Shown here: piece by piece, positions 61,622 through 64,000 of the stretch | Layout: each line of letters starts with the position of its first letter | How positions within the stretch are numbered: the stretch's first letter is position 1 | NCBI GenBank assembly: GCA_965222125.1 | Contig: CBDCTC010000006.1 | Location: 1,375,010-1,439,009 of the forward strand | From: Dehalococcoidia bacterium | Lineage (GTDB): Bacteria > Chloroflexota > Dehalococcoidia > Lucifugimonadales > CAZENU01 | DNA length: 64,000 nucleotides | Direction of reading: 5' to 3' | Position numbers and translations under genes: made by a program | The notes under the pieces: model-generated | What the model saw: the letters and a program-made list of their open reading frames with translations, nothing else | The model's database searches: none | What the model was told of the DNA's origin: nothing

Positions 61622-62575
61622 ATGGCCCTCTACCTCACGGAAGAAGACGTCGCCGCCGTATTGACCATGGACATCGCCCTCGACGAGGTGGAACGGGGCT
61701 TCGTTCATCTCGCGGAGGGCAGGGCCTTCAACTTCCCGCGTAACCGGCTGCCCAACGGCAGAGGCTCCTTCAACTTCATGACCGCGACCGCCCACGAGCT
61801 TGGCGTCATGGGCATGAAGACCTACGGCGTAGGTCCCGGCCGCTCACGCTTCTACGTGCACCTCTACGACGCCACCACGACGGAGCTTATCGCCCTCATC
61901 GAGGCCAACGGCATGGGCCAGGTCCGCACCGGGGCCGCCAGCGGCATCGCCACGAAGTACATGTCCCGCGCCGACGCATCCACGGTCGGCATGATCGGCT
62001 CCGGCTATCAGGCCAGCACCCAGCTCGAAGCCGTGTGCAAGGTCAGAGATATCATGAGCGCGAGAATCTACTCCCGTGCCCGTGAGAACCGGGAGCGTCT
62101 CGCCTCGGTCATGGAGCGTCGGCTCGGCATCGAGGTCCGCCCCGTCGACAGCGGCCAGGAGTGCGTCGAAGGCGTGGACATCGTCAACGTCATCACCACG
62201 GCTGCCAGGCCCGTCCTGCTGGGCGAATGGCTCAGCGCCGGCGCGCACGTCAACGCCGCGGGAAACAACCACTGGATGAAGCAGGAGATCGACTCCGACG
62301 TCGTTCGCCGCGCCAGCGTGATCGTTGCCGACGACATCGACGGAGCGAAGATCGAGTGCGGCGATCTCGTCGACCCCATCGACCGCGGCATTATCACGTG
62401 GAACCACGTCCGCAACCTCTCCGACGTAGTGACGGGCCAAATCGCGGGCCGCGCGTCGGACGGCGACATCACCCTCTTCGAGTCCCAGGGACTCGCCATC
62501 GAGGACATCGCCGTCGGTATTCGCGTCTACCGCATGGCACAGGAGCGCGGACTGGGCCGGGCGATGCCCTTCTGA
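61622..62575 (+). CDS. ornithine cyclodeaminase / mu-crystallin family protein (copy 2)
   Basis: 317 aa, with 10 aa differences from copy 1: S30A, T46R, S73R, T83A, T143M, Q198L, V221I, C223S, V236I, V273I. Confidence 0.8.
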   Translation: MALYLTEEDVAAVLTMDIALDEVERGFVHLAEGRAFNFPRNRLPNGRGSFNFMTATAHELGVMGMKTYGVGPGRSRFYVHLYDATTTELIALIEANGMGQVRTGAASGIATKYMSRADASTVGMIGSGYQASTQLEAVCKVRDIMSARIYSRARENRERLASVMERRLGIEVRPVDSGQECVEGVDIVNVITTAARPVLLGEWLSAGAHVNAAGNNHWMKQEIDSDVVRRASVIVADDIDGAKIECGDLVDPIDRGIITWNHVRNLSDVVTGQIAGRASDGDITLFESQGLAIEDIAVGIRVYRMAQERGLGRAMPF

Positions 62576-62584
62576 CGCCTGGCG

Positions 62585-63022
62585 TCAGGGGCGGCGGAGC
62601 GCGACGACGGGGATCTGGCGGTCGGTACCGGCGCGGTAGCCGGCGAAGCGTGGATTCGCCGCAGCCACCTTGTCGAACAGCGCGGTGCGTTCTTCGCCCT
62701 GGGTTATGCGGGCCTCGGCGGCGAAACGCTCGCCGTTAGTTTCAACGGAAACGTTCGGGTCGGCGGCGACGTTCAGGTACCACGCCGGATGGCGGTCCTG
62801 GCCGTAGTTCGAAGCGACGACAATGAGGTCGCCGGACTCCTCGAATTGGAAGTACATCAGGGGAGACGACCGCGGCTTGCCGCTCCTGCGTCCCCTGGTT
62901 ACGAGGATGAGGATTCCTTCGCCTTCCAGGCGGCCCAGGAGGCGGCCGCCGGAGAGCCGGAACAAGAGCCGGTGCATCGGGACGAAGAACCACGCGATGA
63001 TGACGCGTCTGTAGGTCGGCAT
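62585..63022 (-). CDS. deazaflavin-dependent nitroreductase (DDN) family protein (copy 2)
   Basis: 145 aa, with 3 aa differences from copy 1. Confidence 0.75.
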   Translation of the reverse strand: MPTYRRVIIAWFFVPMHRLLFRLSGGRLLGRLEGEGILILVTRGRRSGKPRSSPLMYFQFEESGDLIVVASNYGQDRHPAWYLNVAADPNVSVETNGERFAAEARITQGEERTALFDKVAAANPRFAGYRAGTDRQIPVVALRRP

Positions 63023-63032
63023 CGCGGGCTCC

Positions 63033-64000
63033 CTACCACCCGATGCAGCAGGCTTCGCGGCGGGGGTCGGCCGCGCCCTTCAGGACGCCCGACTCCTGGT
63101 CCACCACGATGCCCTTGAGCGAGCCGGTGACGGCGCCCGCATCGGTCAGCACCTCGAGATCGTGGCCCCGGCGGCTGAGCTCCCGGATCGTGCTCTGCGG
63201 TACGGTGTCCTCCACGGACAGGCGCCCTGGGAGATAGGCGTGAGGCCAGAACGAGTTGGGGAAGTTCCAGGAGGTGAACCGGGGCTGCTCCACAGCCTGC
63301 TGCGGGTCCATGCCGAACTCGACGATGTTGAGGAACATCTGCAACATGGCCGGACACTGCGCGTCTCCGCCCGGCGCGCCGAACGGCATGAGCAGCCGCC
63401 CCTCCTTGAACGCGATGGCGGGGTTGGGCGTCAGCCGCGGGCGCTTCCACGGCTGCAGGCTGGATGGGTGGTCGTGCTCCAGCCAGCTCTGCGTTCCCCT
63501 GGCCGACAGCGTGAACCCCAGGCCGGGGATGACCTTGCACCCGCCCACGCCGTCGCTGGGCGTCGCCGAGAAGGCGTTGCCCCACCGATCGACCGTGCAC
63601 GTGTAGCTCGTGTCCTGCTCCCGGGCTCCGGCCGCCCGGACCTCGGGCCGCCGCGCCGCCGCGCCGGACCGCGCGTCGCCCTGGTACGGCCAGGGGTTGC
63701 CCGGGGGCGGCATCTCGGGAAACGCCCGCTCCATGTCTATGTCGCCGCGTCGGGCGGTGGTGTACCGCTTCGACAGAAGCCCGTCGATCGGGACGTCGAC
63801 GTGGTCGGGGTCGCCGTAGTAGTGCTCCCTGTCGGCGAAGGCGAGGTTGAGCGCCTGCGAGAGCAGGTGGATGTAGTCGGCGCTGTTGTGGCCCAGGCCG
63901 GCGAGGTCGTCGTCCTCGAGCATCTGCAGCGTCTCGGCCAGCACCGGCCCCTGGCACCACGCCCCACAGGTGTATACGGCATAGTCTCGGAAGCGGCCCA
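63033..64000 (-). CDS. gamma-glutamyltransferase family protein (copy 2), 3' part; 5' end outside the window
   Basis: The visible 300+ aa are identical in protein sequence to copy 1, although synonymous nucleotide differences exist (e.g. 63454-63470 vs 53811-53827). Confidence 0.8.
   Translation of the reverse strand, partial: GRFRDYAVYTCGAWCQGPVLAETLQMLEDDDLAGLGHNSADYIHLLSQALNLAFADREHYYGDPDHVDVPIDGLLSKRYTTARRGDIDMERAFPEMPPPGNPWPYQGDARSGAAARRPEVRAAGAREQDTSYTCTVDRWGNAFSATPSDGVGGCKVIPGLGFTLSARGTQSWLEHDHPSSLQPWKRPRLTPNPAIAFKEGRLLMPFGAPGGDAQCPAMLQMFLNIVEFGMDPQQAVEQPRFTSWNFPNSFWPHAYLPGRLSVEDTVPQSTIRELSRRGHDLEVLTDAGAVTGSLKGIVVDQESGVLKGAADPRREACCIGW

Larger units (their letters stand above)
61347..64000. 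repeat. copy 2 of the duplicated segment (partner 51569-54357); continues past the window edge
   Basis: Same evidence as copy 1. This copy keeps a contiguous thiD remnant where copy 1 carries the AbrB-antitoxin block. Confidence 0.9.

Noticed and set aside
51569-64000. The duplicated OCD/DDN/GGT segment as an assembly artefact (collapsed or duplicated contig end).
   Set aside because: The copies differ by multiple substitutions (10 aa in OCD, 3 aa in DDN, synonymous changes in GGT) and by a 267-bp versus 132-bp internal replacement, and they have different unique flanks. A chimeric assembly of two strains cannot be fully excluded without reads.

Overview
This is a high-GC (roughly 65%) bacterial chromosomal window. 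The gene content suggests a Chloroflexota-like, possibly marine, lineage, but that is inference only.

Positions 1-49.5 kb are mostly core genes:
- a nadD-PRTase fusion, obg, and a DnaA-box cluster next to dnaA
- tdh, rhaM, tilS, recX-recA, gyrA
- two enolase-superfamily genes, ffh, tRNA-Ser, sucCD
- an rpmH-rnpA-yidD operon and rpoB-rpoC
- interspersed hypothetical and accessory genes, plus several decayed genes

Positions 49.5-64 kb are accessory and mosaic:
- tRNA-Val and tRNA-Asp bracket a small, less GC-rich operon
- remnants of toxin-antitoxin modules follow
- a module of ornithine-cyclodeaminase-like, deazaflavin-nitroreductase-like and gamma-glutamyltransferase-like genes occurs twice, 9,643 bp apart, with real sequence divergence between the copies

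The top finding is the operon at 49982-50691. It encodes a homolog of the ferredoxin:thioredoxin reductase (FTR) catalytic subunit and a glutaredoxin/NrdH-like protein. Its three in-frame TGA codons fall exactly on redox-active cysteine positions: CP[TGA], CI[TGA] and [TGA]GPC. Each TGA is followed 13-15 nt later by a perfect 7-bp hairpin with a GU-containing loop, which resembles a bacterial SECIS element. I read this as a candidate selenocysteine-based (possibly diselenide) ferredoxin-dependent disulfide-reductase system.

Other points:
- homology-supported CTG start codons for sucC and a zinc-ribbon CD225 gene
- a dispersed REP-like palindromic repeat family
- a 12-mer shared upstream of two tRNA promoters
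- a glutamine-amidotransferase-like protein lacking its catalytic Cys and His
- several pseudogenes

All function calls rest on my own reading of the translated motifs. No database search was run.
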